Origin: an uncultured Christensenella sp.
GTDB taxonomy: Bacteria > Bacillota > Clostridia > Christensenellales > UBA3700
Length of the DNA: 64,000 nucleotides
Assembly (NCBI GenBank): GCA_949290515.1
Contig: CASERZ010000003.1
Location: forward strand, 115,464 to 179,463
Reading direction: 5' to 3'
Below the pieces are notes generated by a model. That model made no database searches. It was not told where the DNA came from and worked only from the letters and a program-made list of their open reading frames with translations. Below are positions 27,037-36,122 of this stretch, one piece after another. Within the stretch, counting starts at the first letter, position 1, and the number at the start of each line of letters is the position of its first letter. The position numbers were made by a program, and so were the translations under genes.

Positions 27037-29368
27037 GTTCGTCTTCCTCGTAAATAATCAAAATAGGTTCTATCCACAACTTGAGAGATTCTGCCGACCT
27101 CTGTTTGTTGGGCAGACAATAATATTTCTCGTTGAGTTTATATCTGAATTCGCTGAGCACCTTAATATTGACGTCCTGACCTTTTGCGGATATAATCGAA
27201 AAGTTGTTGATGTGATAACCGTCACCCGTCTGCTTTGCGTACTGATAAGTAGCGACAAAAGGGAATATTGCTTTAAGCGACAATTCGATATCCCATACGT
27301 CCTTGTTGTTGCGCTCGCCTGTCTGCAAATATCTGCATACCTCAATGACCTTGTTTATGAGCGAATAAGCTTCGGAATTAGTCGCGTTGTCCGCATTGAC
27401 TCTCCAGCAGTCTTCGAGGCTTTGCGTAATGTAATCGCAATCCATAAGCTGTTGACGTCCCAGCATCTGTTTGAGCACTTTGTAGCCTTCTTTGCCGGGC
27501 ACGTACTCATTGCACACTTCTTCAAGCATAGCAAAAATTTTCTTGTGGTCGCTGGCGGTGTTTTCTATAAGCTTTTTGTATTTTGCCGCCTCGGCATTGA
27601 ATATCACCTGTGCCTCGCTCTGATATGCTTCTATTTCCTCGTCGGTCAGAACTCTGTAATAGGATTCGTTTTCAAAAAGCATTTTCTGCTTTGTGTACTT
27701 GATAAGACCTCTGTAGAAAATAATCAGGGTGCTTACTGTCTGACTGACTATAGCCCTCGTCTTCTCTATTTTCTGCTTAGGCTTTTCGTTGAAGTCGTCG
27801 CGTATGCTTTCCAAAAGCTGTATGCGCGAACGGATACTGAGCGGGAAACCCACTTTTTCGTCCACGACCTGATTGCCGTTGACGGCGCGCGTAACGTTGG
27901 CTACAATGGTACGGACTTGTACTTCGACGCGTATTGACTCCTTCTCTCTGTCATACACAAAAGCACCTCTGCCCACGCCGACGCTGTTTCTGTAATGAAT
28001 CTTCTCTTCTTCTTTTTCTATTTCTTTTTTTGCTTTGGCAAGTATTTCCGACGAAGAAAATAGGTCTCTGCCGAAACGTAATTCCAGATTCTTGACAAGC
28101 TTCTGAAAAGCCTGTGAATTTGCCGAAAAAATCGTTTTGAGAAGTTTACCCGCCCCTTCTTCCACCATCAGTATCGCTATTATTACGTCCCATTGCAGCG
28201 ACATTGTATTTTCTTTCGAGGATGAGAAAAGTATTCGGAATCTGCTGTCGTCGGCATAAGTTCTATAGATATTATGCTGGTCTGTACGGTCGAGTATATC
28301 CACGACCGCAAGCGCGAGATTTCGGATATATTTGTAGTTTATCGCGTAAAAGTCTTCGATAATGGGTTTGTTATCGGTAAAATTAACGAAGCCTTTTTCC
28401 CCGAAAAAATTTTCTGCACAAAATATTTCGTAAGACTGTTTTACGAAGAATACGTTTTCGTGGTCATAGTCGGACAATACGCTTTCGTCTTCCGCTATAA
28501 TCACGCTTATAAAAGTCGATGTGGGTTCAAATGACACGTAATTGAGTTTGACGCCTACTATATTCGTGTCGCCTTGCATTTCAAAGGCATCGCCGCCGCT
28601 TACCGCATCGCCTTTATCTGTAATAAATTCTGTTCCGGCAAGATAGTAATAACTGCGCGCTACTTTGATAAGACAATTGAAAGTGTCAATATCTCCGACA
28701 AATTCTTTCTGCGTGAAGAAGTCGTCGTTTCTCCACAATACTTTCTGAAGTTTTACTCCGTCCTGCGCCTGTCCGTTTTGGTAGAATACCGCGTTGTGAT
28801 TGACTTCGAGTTTTGCCGAAAGATTTTTAAAAAAGGCAAAGTTCTTGACAAAATCCATAAATTCGTCAATGCGGTCGCTAACGTTAGTGGAATCGTTAAA
28901 ACGCGAATCCGTCCTCGCCTTTTTAGCCATATAAGCCATACGGGCAAATTCCGTACTCTGGAAAATGTCGTGAGTTATTCTCAGCTCCTGAGAGATTACC
29001 CCGTTGAGCGCGATATCTATCTGCAAATCCATCAGTATGCTTTCCATAACCTCGTAAGACAATTCGTTGAGGATATACATTCTGCGCATTACCTTGAATA
29101 TTCTGATAAGGTCGTTGTCGGTAGGTCCTTCGTCAATTTCGTTGTCTACCAACGACCACTTTCTATATCTGAAATAGACGTAATGATAAGTCATTATCAG
29201 AAGCTTGGAAACATAGTAAAGTATCTGGGTTCTGTCCCCCAGAAAATCGTCTCTGCGGATATCGTTGCCGAACAGCATATTGCGTACCGTCTCGTCGGGA
29301 ATCATTTTGTTCAGCAACTCTTTTGCAGAGTTACATTTTTGCGCTATGGTTACCTTGGTCTCTGCCAT
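27023..29368 (-). CDS. large hypothetical protein (about 781 aa), no recognisable domain
   Basis: Long uninterrupted ORF inside the operon. The ATG at 29368 lies 5 nt after GGAG; the track start is the GTG at 29374. Predicted largely helical, with a charged coiled segment AKAKKEIEKEEEKIH. Confidence 0.75.
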   Translation of the reverse strand: MAETKVTIAQKCNSAKELLNKMIPDETVRNMLFGNDIRRDDFLGDRTQILYYVSKLLIMTYHYVYFRYRKWSLVDNEIDEGPTDNDLIRIFKVMRRMYILNELSYEVMESILMDLQIDIALNGVISQELRITHDIFQSTEFARMAYMAKKARTDSRFNDSTNVSDRIDEFMDFVKNFAFFKNLSAKLEVNHNAVFYQNGQAQDGVKLQKVLWRNDDFFTQKEFVGDIDTFNCLIKVARSYYYLAGTEFITDKGDAVSGGDAFEMQGDTNIVGVKLNYVSFEPTSTFISVIIAEDESVLSDYDHENVFFVKQSYEIFCAENFFGEKGFVNFTDNKPIIEDFYAINYKYIRNLALAVVDILDRTDQHNIYRTYADDSRFRILFSSSKENTMSLQWDVIIAILMVEEGAGKLLKTIFSANSQAFQKLVKNLELRFGRDLFSSSEILAKAKKEIEKEEEKIHYRNSVGVGRGAFVYDREKESIRVEVQVRTIVANVTRAVNGNQVVDEKVGFPLSIRSRIQLLESIRDDFNEKPKQKIEKTRAIVSQTVSTLIIFYRGLIKYTKQKMLFENESYYRVLTDEEIEAYQSEAQVIFNAEAAKYKKLIENTASDHKKIFAMLEEVCNEYVPGKEGYKVLKQMLGRQQLMDCDYITQSLEDCWRVNADNATNSEAYSLINKVIEVCRYLQTGERNNKDVWDIELSLKAIFPFVATYQYAKQTGDGYHINNFSIISAKGQDVNIKVLSEFRYKLNEKYYCLPNKQRSAESLKLWIEPILIIYEEDELDKR

Positions 29369-29380
29369 AATCACTCCGTA

Positions 29381-30271
29381 TTATTCTGTTATCAAATCTG
29401 CAAACGCCTCGTACATTTCGAGAGCCTTCTGCTCGTCGGGAGAATGTTTTTCCATATTGTAAAGGATATCCTCTCTGAACTTGAATCTCACAACTTCAGG
29501 CACGCCGAATCTTCCGTTTTCGAGCATTCCGAAGTTGACGTCGTTGTACTTTATGATATCGCTGATTTTATTCTTGATTTCGTTCTTGACTGCCTCGTAA
29601 TTGTAGGGTATATCGTCGAGAACGATATTATCCGAGGGTACAGCGTTGGGTACGATAATATACTTCTTATTTGCCACCTTAGGGTCGAAGCCCGCAAGGA
29701 AAGAGTATGTACCCTTTCTGAATTGCAAAGTGATACGCATTACGGTAACGAGTTTTGACGACAAACGCAGACTTACGTCCGCAGTCATCTGACTTCCCGT
29801 AGGGCAATCGAAAATCATACCGCAACAATCGAAGTCTTCGCAAAGAGCCTTGATGTCGTCAAAGGGATTGCCTTCTATGTAATAGCTGTTGCTGTCCTGT
29901 TCGACGCCGATTGCGCCCTCTGTTCTCGCAGGCAAAAAGAGTATGCTTCTTTCTTCGAATCCGTATACGTCGCCTATTCCTACGAGTGCCTGAAAAAAGG
30001 GATGCGCCGCTATGTCCTCAACGCACGAGTATCTGCCGGGATACGAACCCGCGATAATATTTTGCGTATACAAAGCCGCTTTCTGCGCCTTGTGCGAATA
30101 AAGGAATGTCAAACCCGCGCTGTCGATATCCATATCGAGAATGAGCAGCGGTCTTTGAGGCGTAGCTTTTAATTTCTTTGCCAAAAATGGTATTGTGTTG
30201 TACAACAACGAGCTTCTGCCCGAGCCGCCCTTATAAGAAAAATATGCCAATGTTTCCATACCTGTATCCAC
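29381..30271 (-). CDS. ParA/MinD-like (SIMIBI) P-loop ATPase with degenerate Walker A
   Basis: METLAYFSYKGGSGRSSLLYNTIPFLA compares with the canonical KGGxGK[ST]. Followed by LLILDMDIDSAGLTF and IFDCPTG (Walker B-like). Alternative start is the ATG at 30259; RBS AAGGAGAG. Confidence 0.65.
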   Translation of the reverse strand: MDTGMETLAYFSYKGGSGRSSLLYNTIPFLAKKLKATPQRPLLILDMDIDSAGLTFLYSHKAQKAALYTQNIIAGSYPGRYSCVEDIAAHPFFQALVGIGDVYGFEERSILFLPARTEGAIGVEQDSNSYYIEGNPFDDIKALCEDFDCCGMIFDCPTGSQMTADVSLRLSSKLVTVMRITLQFRKGTYSFLAGFDPKVANKKYIIVPNAVPSDNIVLDDIPYNYEAVKNEIKNKISDIIKYNDVNFGMLENGRFGVPEVVRFKFREDILYNMEKHSPDEQKALEMYEAFADLITE

Positions 30272-30277
30272 TCTCCT

Positions 30278-32380
30278 TTACTGTCTTTCGCCGTTGATAA
30301 AGCTCAAAATTTCGCCGTTTTTGGTCAAAACGATTTTCGTCAGCCAGTCTTTGACTTTCTTGCCGACCTTGTCGGTAATCTGGAAGCCGCCTTCTTTAAG
30401 TATCTTGCCGAAATACTTGTGCAGAATATACTTGTCGACGACTTGCTCGAATTCGCTGTCCTCGTCTGTTGCGATTCTCTTGCTTAACGCCTCGATGAGA
30501 TAGCGGTCGAAGTTATCAGTCATAGTCTCGTCTATAATCGCGATAATTTCTTTTATGAGAGGTTCGCGGTTGACGGTAAGTTCTCTGATGGTCTTGTCCT
30601 TTTCCGCTATTATCTGCTTGTAAGACTCCTTATCCTGCGACCACTCTTTTCTCAGAGCTTCGATACGTTTGTCAGCCTCGGTCTTGAGTTTTTCTCTCTC
30701 GTTTTTAAGTACTTCTTCAGGCTCTATGTAGCATTCTTCGTACTGCTCGTAATACTCGTAGAAGTTGAACAAGGCTTTGATAAAATAGTTTTCGCTGGTG
30801 ATATTGTAGCCTTCTTTATCCCAAGCCCACTCTTTTCCTTTATCGCTGTCCGACCTGTTGTCGAGTATGAGTTTGAGATATTCGATATTCTGCTTCTGAG
30901 GATACTTTATAAGATAACGCGATACTTCGTTGTAAGCTCTTATAAGCAAAGGCAAAAGGCTTGCCACTTGTATTCTCTGTCTTCTGAGGACTTTTGCAAG
31001 CGGAGCAACCGCCGAAGGCATCTTTTCCTTAAAACTGAGTACGTACTGCTCGACGATATAAGTCTTGTCCTCCTTGAGGAGATACTTGTAGCATCTGAGA
31101 ATATTCTGAAGCGCGTACTGCATTTCGTCGAAAAATTCGTCGCCTTTACCCATTATGTCGTAATCGAGGTCGATACCTGAATAGATAAGTATGAGTACGT
31201 GCAATACGGTATTGATTACGGCATCGTTTGTGGTACTGTTTTCGATATCGTCAAAATCCATCTCTACGTAATTCTGACCTATAAACTTGGATGCCAAATC
31301 TATTTCGTTGCCTATAAGACCGTTGGCGCGCATTTCCTCGTATCTTCCCGCCGACATACATTGCAGCTGGAATTCTTTGAAAACCTTGACTATAAGTTCG
31401 TAAAATCTCTTATTTTGCGTATAAATGTAAGAAGGTGCTTCGTTTATACGGTTTTTGTCAGCGTCCTCGAATACTTCCTGCAAGGATTGATATACAGACA
31501 TATACGCACTGCAAACAGAATAAGTCATATACATCGAAGGCTCGTACTCTTCGTCAGTTTCTGACACCTTGAAGAAGTTCCAGCCCAGATATCCTACCAG
31601 ACTGCTCTTTGCCATCTTTCCGCCGATAGAATAATGTATCGTCTTTTTAGCAGGTATGCACGCGCTGCAAATCCAGCCTATCGTGTATTTGACGAGATGT
31701 TCTATCATCTCCGTCATTTTGGCAGAAGTTACAGGCTGCGATTCGAATGTAAGCGTCAGACGGTGTCCGTCATACTCCTGTCGTATTATCATATCTCGCG
31801 TTTCGACCAAAGATTTGAGTACGTTGCAAGCCGACTCGACGCAGGTATTGATTGCAAAAGCGTCGTCGTCGTCTTCGTAATCGTTGCTCTTTACGAAAGG
31901 GGTCATATTGAAAGTAAGAAGCTCTTTGCCGTAGTCGAGATTATCTCCCATAGCAACTATCTTTTCGTATACTTCACTCGTAAAACCTATCTGTTTGAAA
32001 ATATCGTTGAGCGTATGGTCGACTATGTCGGTATATGACGACATATCCATACCGAAACCGTTGAGAGAGGATATAGCCTGCATACCCAGACATTGAGTCA
32101 AAAGTCCCACCTGAGTACGGTCCATATCCGTATTGTAAAAACCTCTTGCAAATTTCTTAGCCTGATTTCCTTTGCCCGAATTATACTTCTTGTTGAACAA
32201 AACTTTGGCAATTTGCTGAGCAATTTCCTTTTTGTTCTTGTATCGGTTGAAAATTACCTTGGAATCCGACCTCTTGTCTATGATATCCGTCAACGCTCTG
32301 TCTTCATCGTTCATCTCGGCAGTTTCGTTGACAAAAGTATTTTTTTCTTTCGTCAAATCCTGACTTGTTTGTTCTTGCAT
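30278..32380 (-). CDS. large hypothetical protein (700 aa), no recognisable domain; C-terminal coiled-coil
   Basis: Long ORF with RBS GGGGGGAG. Helical repeat-like body. Coiled segment EEVLKNEREKLKTEADKRIEALRKEWSQDKESYKQIIAEKDKTIRELT. Confidence 0.75.
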   Translation of the reverse strand: MQEQTSQDLTKEKNTFVNETAEMNDEDRALTDIIDKRSDSKVIFNRYKNKKEIAQQIAKVLFNKKYNSGKGNQAKKFARGFYNTDMDRTQVGLLTQCLGMQAISSLNGFGMDMSSYTDIVDHTLNDIFKQIGFTSEVYEKIVAMGDNLDYGKELLTFNMTPFVKSNDYEDDDDAFAINTCVESACNVLKSLVETRDMIIRQEYDGHRLTLTFESQPVTSAKMTEMIEHLVKYTIGWICSACIPAKKTIHYSIGGKMAKSSLVGYLGWNFFKVSETDEEYEPSMYMTYSVCSAYMSVYQSLQEVFEDADKNRINEAPSYIYTQNKRFYELIVKVFKEFQLQCMSAGRYEEMRANGLIGNEIDLASKFIGQNYVEMDFDDIENSTTNDAVINTVLHVLILIYSGIDLDYDIMGKGDEFFDEMQYALQNILRCYKYLLKEDKTYIVEQYVLSFKEKMPSAVAPLAKVLRRQRIQVASLLPLLIRAYNEVSRYLIKYPQKQNIEYLKLILDNRSDSDKGKEWAWDKEGYNITSENYFIKALFNFYEYYEQYEECYIEPEEVLKNEREKLKTEADKRIEALRKEWSQDKESYKQIIAEKDKTIRELTVNREPLIKEIIAIIDETMTDNFDRYLIEALSKRIATDEDSEFEQVVDKYILHKYFGKILKEGGFQITDKVGKKVKDWLTKIVLTKNGEILSFINGERQ

Positions 32381-32392
32381 AGTCTCCCCCCG

Positions 32393-33574
32393 TTATCTGG
32401 TGTATTTTTCTAAAAGTTTGTCTATATTAATCGTAATGCAGGGTCTTATTCCGCACATCACGTTTGAACCTACGTTTACTGTCATAGGACTGTATTTCTT
32501 AAAATAAGCCGTTACCTTTCCGTCGAGTTTTCCCCAGAACATAGGCCAAAAACTGCTCTTGCGGTAAGACTTGCAGTAATCAGTCTCGACGTTGGCGGTA
32601 ATAACGTTGTCGAATTCTTTTAGCGATTCTATATCGGGCAATCCCGCTTCTTCTATACAGCTTCTGATATCGTCGTCATCTACCGCATTTTTGATAAAGC
32701 TTTCAAAATAACCTTGCAAATCTGCTCCGTTGCACTTGTCCAGCACGTGTTCGGCTATGGCAACCGCTCTGGTATTGTCGTTTTTTAATATAATCCATCT
32801 GAGCGGTCCGTGAATAAAACCGTTGCCGTTTTTTATTGTCGCCAATCCTTCCGCAGTCTGCTTTACCCCGTCCTGAATTACAAATTCCCCGCTCGCCTTT
32901 TGCTGAGGAAAGCTTCCCAAACGAATAAAAGAAATCCCGTTTTCCTTGCTGGCAATAGGAAGTCTTGACAGCTTGTCCAAAGCGACGTCGTCGCTGCAAA
33001 ACAGGTTTTCGTCGTAATTCTTGAGTTCTTCTATAAGCTTGGTGAGATGAAAACCGTTGTCTGTGCGGTTAAGATAAAATACGGACGACTTGATGTTTTT
33101 CAAAACGTTCTCTACCCTCTCCGCGGGGAAAGCCGCGTCGAGTTGCTGCGCAGTCATATCCGCGCAAGATATGTATGCGTCACGCACAGTGGCATTTACC
33201 GTCGACGAATTCACCGAAACCGGAAAAAGCTTGAAGTCCTTCCTGCCGCTGTCCTCAATCTCTCTGTAAATTCTCAGTTCTTTTTCGCAAGCCGCGCTCT
33301 TGACCATATCCGCGCTGAAATAAAGTATAATTCCTGCGCATTGAGGATTGCGAATCATATCCTCTACCGTCTTATCCCACTCGTCACCCACGGAAAGCTT
33401 CTTGTCATACCAGTAATTGAGACAATTGTTGTACAATACGGACAAATCGGCATACACGGTATCGGCATCCTTGTGTGCATAACTGATAAACATATATCTG
33501 TCAGTCTTTTTCCACGTTTTTCTGTCCGAAAAGCACAACGGCTGTCGGTTTTTGTCCTGCAAATTCTCTTCCAT
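32393..33574 (-). CDS. TIR domain protein with a C-terminal DUF6273-like domain
   Basis: YMFISYAHKDADTVYADLSVLYNNCLNYWYDKKLSVGDEWDKTVEDMIRNPQCAGIILYFSADMVKSAACEKEL is TIR_2 pattern with a conserved Glu. The C-terminal part (FIRLGSFPQQ..., PLRWIILKNDN..., FWPMFWG..., MCGIRPCITINI) resembles the W.VL ... GVRPA pattern of DUF6273. There is no SD before the ATG at 33574; the alternative start is M28 (33493). Confidence 0.7.
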   Translation of the reverse strand: MEENLQDKNRQPLCFSDRKTWKKTDRYMFISYAHKDADTVYADLSVLYNNCLNYWYDKKLSVGDEWDKTVEDMIRNPQCAGIILYFSADMVKSAACEKELRIYREIEDSGRKDFKLFPVSVNSSTVNATVRDAYISCADMTAQQLDAAFPAERVENVLKNIKSSVFYLNRTDNGFHLTKLIEELKNYDENLFCSDDVALDKLSRLPIASKENGISFIRLGSFPQQKASGEFVIQDGVKQTAEGLATIKNGNGFIHGPLRWIILKNDNTRAVAIAEHVLDKCNGADLQGYFESFIKNAVDDDDIRSCIEEAGLPDIESLKEFDNVITANVETDYCKSYRKSSFWPMFWGKLDGKVTAYFKKYSPMTVNVGSNVMCGIRPCITINIDKLLEKYTR

Positions 33575-33580
33575 ATAAAT

Positions 33581-33609
33581 ATAATAAAGGATTTTATGCG
33601 ATAAGTCAA
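33581..33609 (-). promoter_or_regulatory. promoter of the TIR operon, positioned for a leaderless or near-leaderless mRNA
   Basis: Minus strand TTGACT (33604-33609), 17 nt spacer, TATTAT (33581-33586), then only 6 nt (atttat) before the ATG at 33574. Confidence 0.55.
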
Positions 33610-33720
33610 TATTTTTGGGGTAATGACAGCTTTATGTTTGCAAATCTCCGTGCTATGCACGGTATGCCGCTCGTCAATCTTTGAACCCCCTTTCTTTTTT
33701 CAATATATAACCTTTTCATT

Positions 33721-33749
33721 GTTGAAAACGTCGGCAATATGTGTTATAA
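33721..33749 (+). promoter_or_regulatory. promoter of the divergent HD-RyR-SLOG operon
   Basis: TTGAAA (33721-33726), 17 nt spacer, TGtTATAAT (33744-33749, extended -10). Confidence 0.6.
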
Positions 33750-33783
33750 TACAATATTATAAACACATTCGGATAATTTGCCT

Positions 33784-36033
33784 ATGATGACTCTTATCAA
33801 TCAAAGTACAGTATTTTTCGACGAAAAAGACCTGTTGCATACCGACGAAGAAACTAGCGACAGACTACGCGACGACAACGGTAATTCTTTTAATTTCAAC
33901 AGAGATATAGATAAACTTTGTTTTAAAAACGCACTCACACGTTTTTTGCTTTCGGGCACTAAGGAAGACGCTTACGACATCTATTTTTGTTTCAACGAGA
34001 TATTCCAGTTGTTGGGTGAAAAGAGCGAAGGCATAAACACTCTTCTCTCGCTTCTCTATCAGCACGAGGCAAACGCCGCCTCTCTGCTGATGAAACACCG
34101 CGACCACTACTCTCACTCCGTATACATATTTGCTTTGGGGTTGGCAATCTTCTGCAACAACAAAAAGATGCGCGACGCTTTTTCGGGTATTTACGGCGGG
34201 GATAAACTATATGACAAATTCCTCAAATACTGGGGAATATGCTCGCTTTTTCACGACATAGGTTATCCTTACGAGATATCGTTTAATCAGGTTTTGGACT
34301 ACGGCAAAAAAATCGACGGTGACGTTTCGTCGGATTTTCTTTCACTGGCATATTCAAACTTCGACAACTTTGTACGCCTCACGGACGAAGAAAAGACAAA
34401 ATGTCGGCTTTTCGGCGAAGGAATAAACGATTTGGACATTAACACCCTTTTTGCAAAGTATGTTTGCGACAATTTCGGCGCAATCGGCAACAACCCGCAA
34501 AAAGACCTCGAGACTGTTTCGCAGTGCCTAAAAAGCCGAATCGTAAAACCTTCAAAGTTTATGGACCACGCTTTTTTCAGTGCCGTTATACTTATTAAAA
34601 AACTGCTTTCAACTCCTCAGTTCGTGCTGGACAAGCCCGCAATGGACAGCATAGCGGCGATACTTCTTCACAACAGCTTTTACAAGCGCACTTACAAAGA
34701 CGAGATAAGACGCAATATCGGCTATAAACAAATAAGCCTTTCATCTCACCCGCTGGCATATCTTCTTATGCTTTGCGACGAGCTGCAATGCTGGGACCGT
34801 ATGCCCTACGGAGAAAATACAAAACTGCAGAATTACCCTTGGGATATGGATATTACCGTGGGAGACAGAAGCATCAGATGCGTTTATTATTATTCGTCTC
34901 AGCCTGACGAAAAAACAGCACTCAAACAATGTACTCTCGCTGAGCAAATCAACGAAAGCGTCGTCGACACTTCCGAACTAGCTTCTCTCAACGTGCAAGT
35001 CAAAGAGAAAAGCAAAACAAAATGCGTATACAAATATCTCTCAGACAGCAAGTTTATCGACTTGCAAAAAATGGCTAGCGCAATAAACGCTTCGTATACC
35101 GAGGATTGCAACGCCGACAATATAGAGAATATGAACAAGGAGTATGCCGAACTCTCTCTCGAATACAAGCTGTCCAACATAGCGCAGGCTAAACACTATA
35201 TACAGCATATAGAAAACATAGGCTGTTTCTTCAGCGACAAACAGCTCGACCTCACGCCCGTAACGGATTTTTCAGAGGACGAAAAAGAGTATCTCGCACG
35301 TTGCGAACATATCCGCTGGGCAAACGAAAAGGTGGCTATGGGCTGGAGGTACGGAACGTATTCAAACCGTGCCGAGCGCGAACGCAAACGTCTTCACAAG
35401 GACCTCGTTCCGTACGACTATCTCCATTACGGAGAACAGAAAAAAGACTGGTACGTAATCGACAATATGGTAAAACAGCTCGATAAATTCGGCATAAAGA
35501 TTTACCGTACGTCAAACAACCTGCCCCCTTACACAGTGGGCTGCGTAGGACACAGAGACTTATCACGTATAGAAGGATTTGACGAAACGGCTGTAAGAAA
35601 AAAAATCAGGCTGCATCTCAAAAGTCTCGCTCAGGATTACAAAGTCACAATGTACAACGGATTTGCCAGAGGCGCAGACCTTCTCTTCGCCGAAGAAGCT
35701 TACAATTGCGGCATAGACGTAATCGCAGTACTTCCCGTACCTTGGGACGAATTTATTGCCGAACACGAGAACAACGGAGTAAAATTTATGCAGCTTCTCG
35801 CTCAGACGAAACAGGTTATCGTGCGTCCGCACATAGTGGCAAAATACAAAGAAGTAAGCCGTTATATATCAAGCAAAGCCGACGAGATGCTCGTACTCTG
35901 GGACGGCAAGGATAAGGACATCAAGGACGAAAAAGGAAACCACGTAAATATCGGAGGAACATTCGACACCGTGCGCAGACTTGTCAATACCGATATGAAA
36001 ATCCTGCATTTCGGAAAAAGCAGAACATTGTAA
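33784..36033 (+). CDS. HD-domain - RyR-domain - SLOG (DUF1273/YpsA-like) fusion protein
   Basis: HD motifs: HRDHYSHSVYIFALGLAIF ... SLFHDIGYPYE ... LLMLCDELQCWDR. RyR: EKEYLARCEHIRWANEKVAMGWRYGTYSNRAERERKRLHKDLVPYDYLHYGEQKKDWYVIDNMVKQLDKFGIKIYR. SLOG: VGCVGHRDL...YNGFARGADLLFAEEAYNCGIDVIAVLPVPW...ADEMLVLWDGK...IGGTFDTV. First ATG at 33784 (track start is the TTG at 33778); no obvious SD. Confidence 0.7.
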   Translation: MMTLINQSTVFFDEKDLLHTDEETSDRLRDDNGNSFNFNRDIDKLCFKNALTRFLLSGTKEDAYDIYFCFNEIFQLLGEKSEGINTLLSLLYQHEANAASLLMKHRDHYSHSVYIFALGLAIFCNNKKMRDAFSGIYGGDKLYDKFLKYWGICSLFHDIGYPYEISFNQVLDYGKKIDGDVSSDFLSLAYSNFDNFVRLTDEEKTKCRLFGEGINDLDINTLFAKYVCDNFGAIGNNPQKDLETVSQCLKSRIVKPSKFMDHAFFSAVILIKKLLSTPQFVLDKPAMDSIAAILLHNSFYKRTYKDEIRRNIGYKQISLSSHPLAYLLMLCDELQCWDRMPYGENTKLQNYPWDMDITVGDRSIRCVYYYSSQPDEKTALKQCTLAEQINESVVDTSELASLNVQVKEKSKTKCVYKYLSDSKFIDLQKMASAINASYTEDCNADNIENMNKEYAELSLEYKLSNIAQAKHYIQHIENIGCFFSDKQLDLTPVTDFSEDEKEYLARCEHIRWANEKVAMGWRYGTYSNRAERERKRLHKDLVPYDYLHYGEQKKDWYVIDNMVKQLDKFGIKIYRTSNNLPPYTVGCVGHRDLSRIEGFDETAVRKKIRLHLKSLAQDYKVTMYNGFARGADLLFAEEAYNCGIDVIAVLPVPWDEFIAEHENNGVKFMQLLAQTKQVIVRPHIVAKYKEVSRYISSKADEMLVLWDGKDKDIKDEKGNHVNIGGTFDTVRRLVNTDMKILHFGKSRTL

Positions 36034-36122
36034 TTTTTTCCATTGCTTTAACGATACCGTAGCGCAAACCTATCATTAACAATCAATATCATACGCGGGA
36101 ATTCTTCCCAAAAGAGGTTTAT

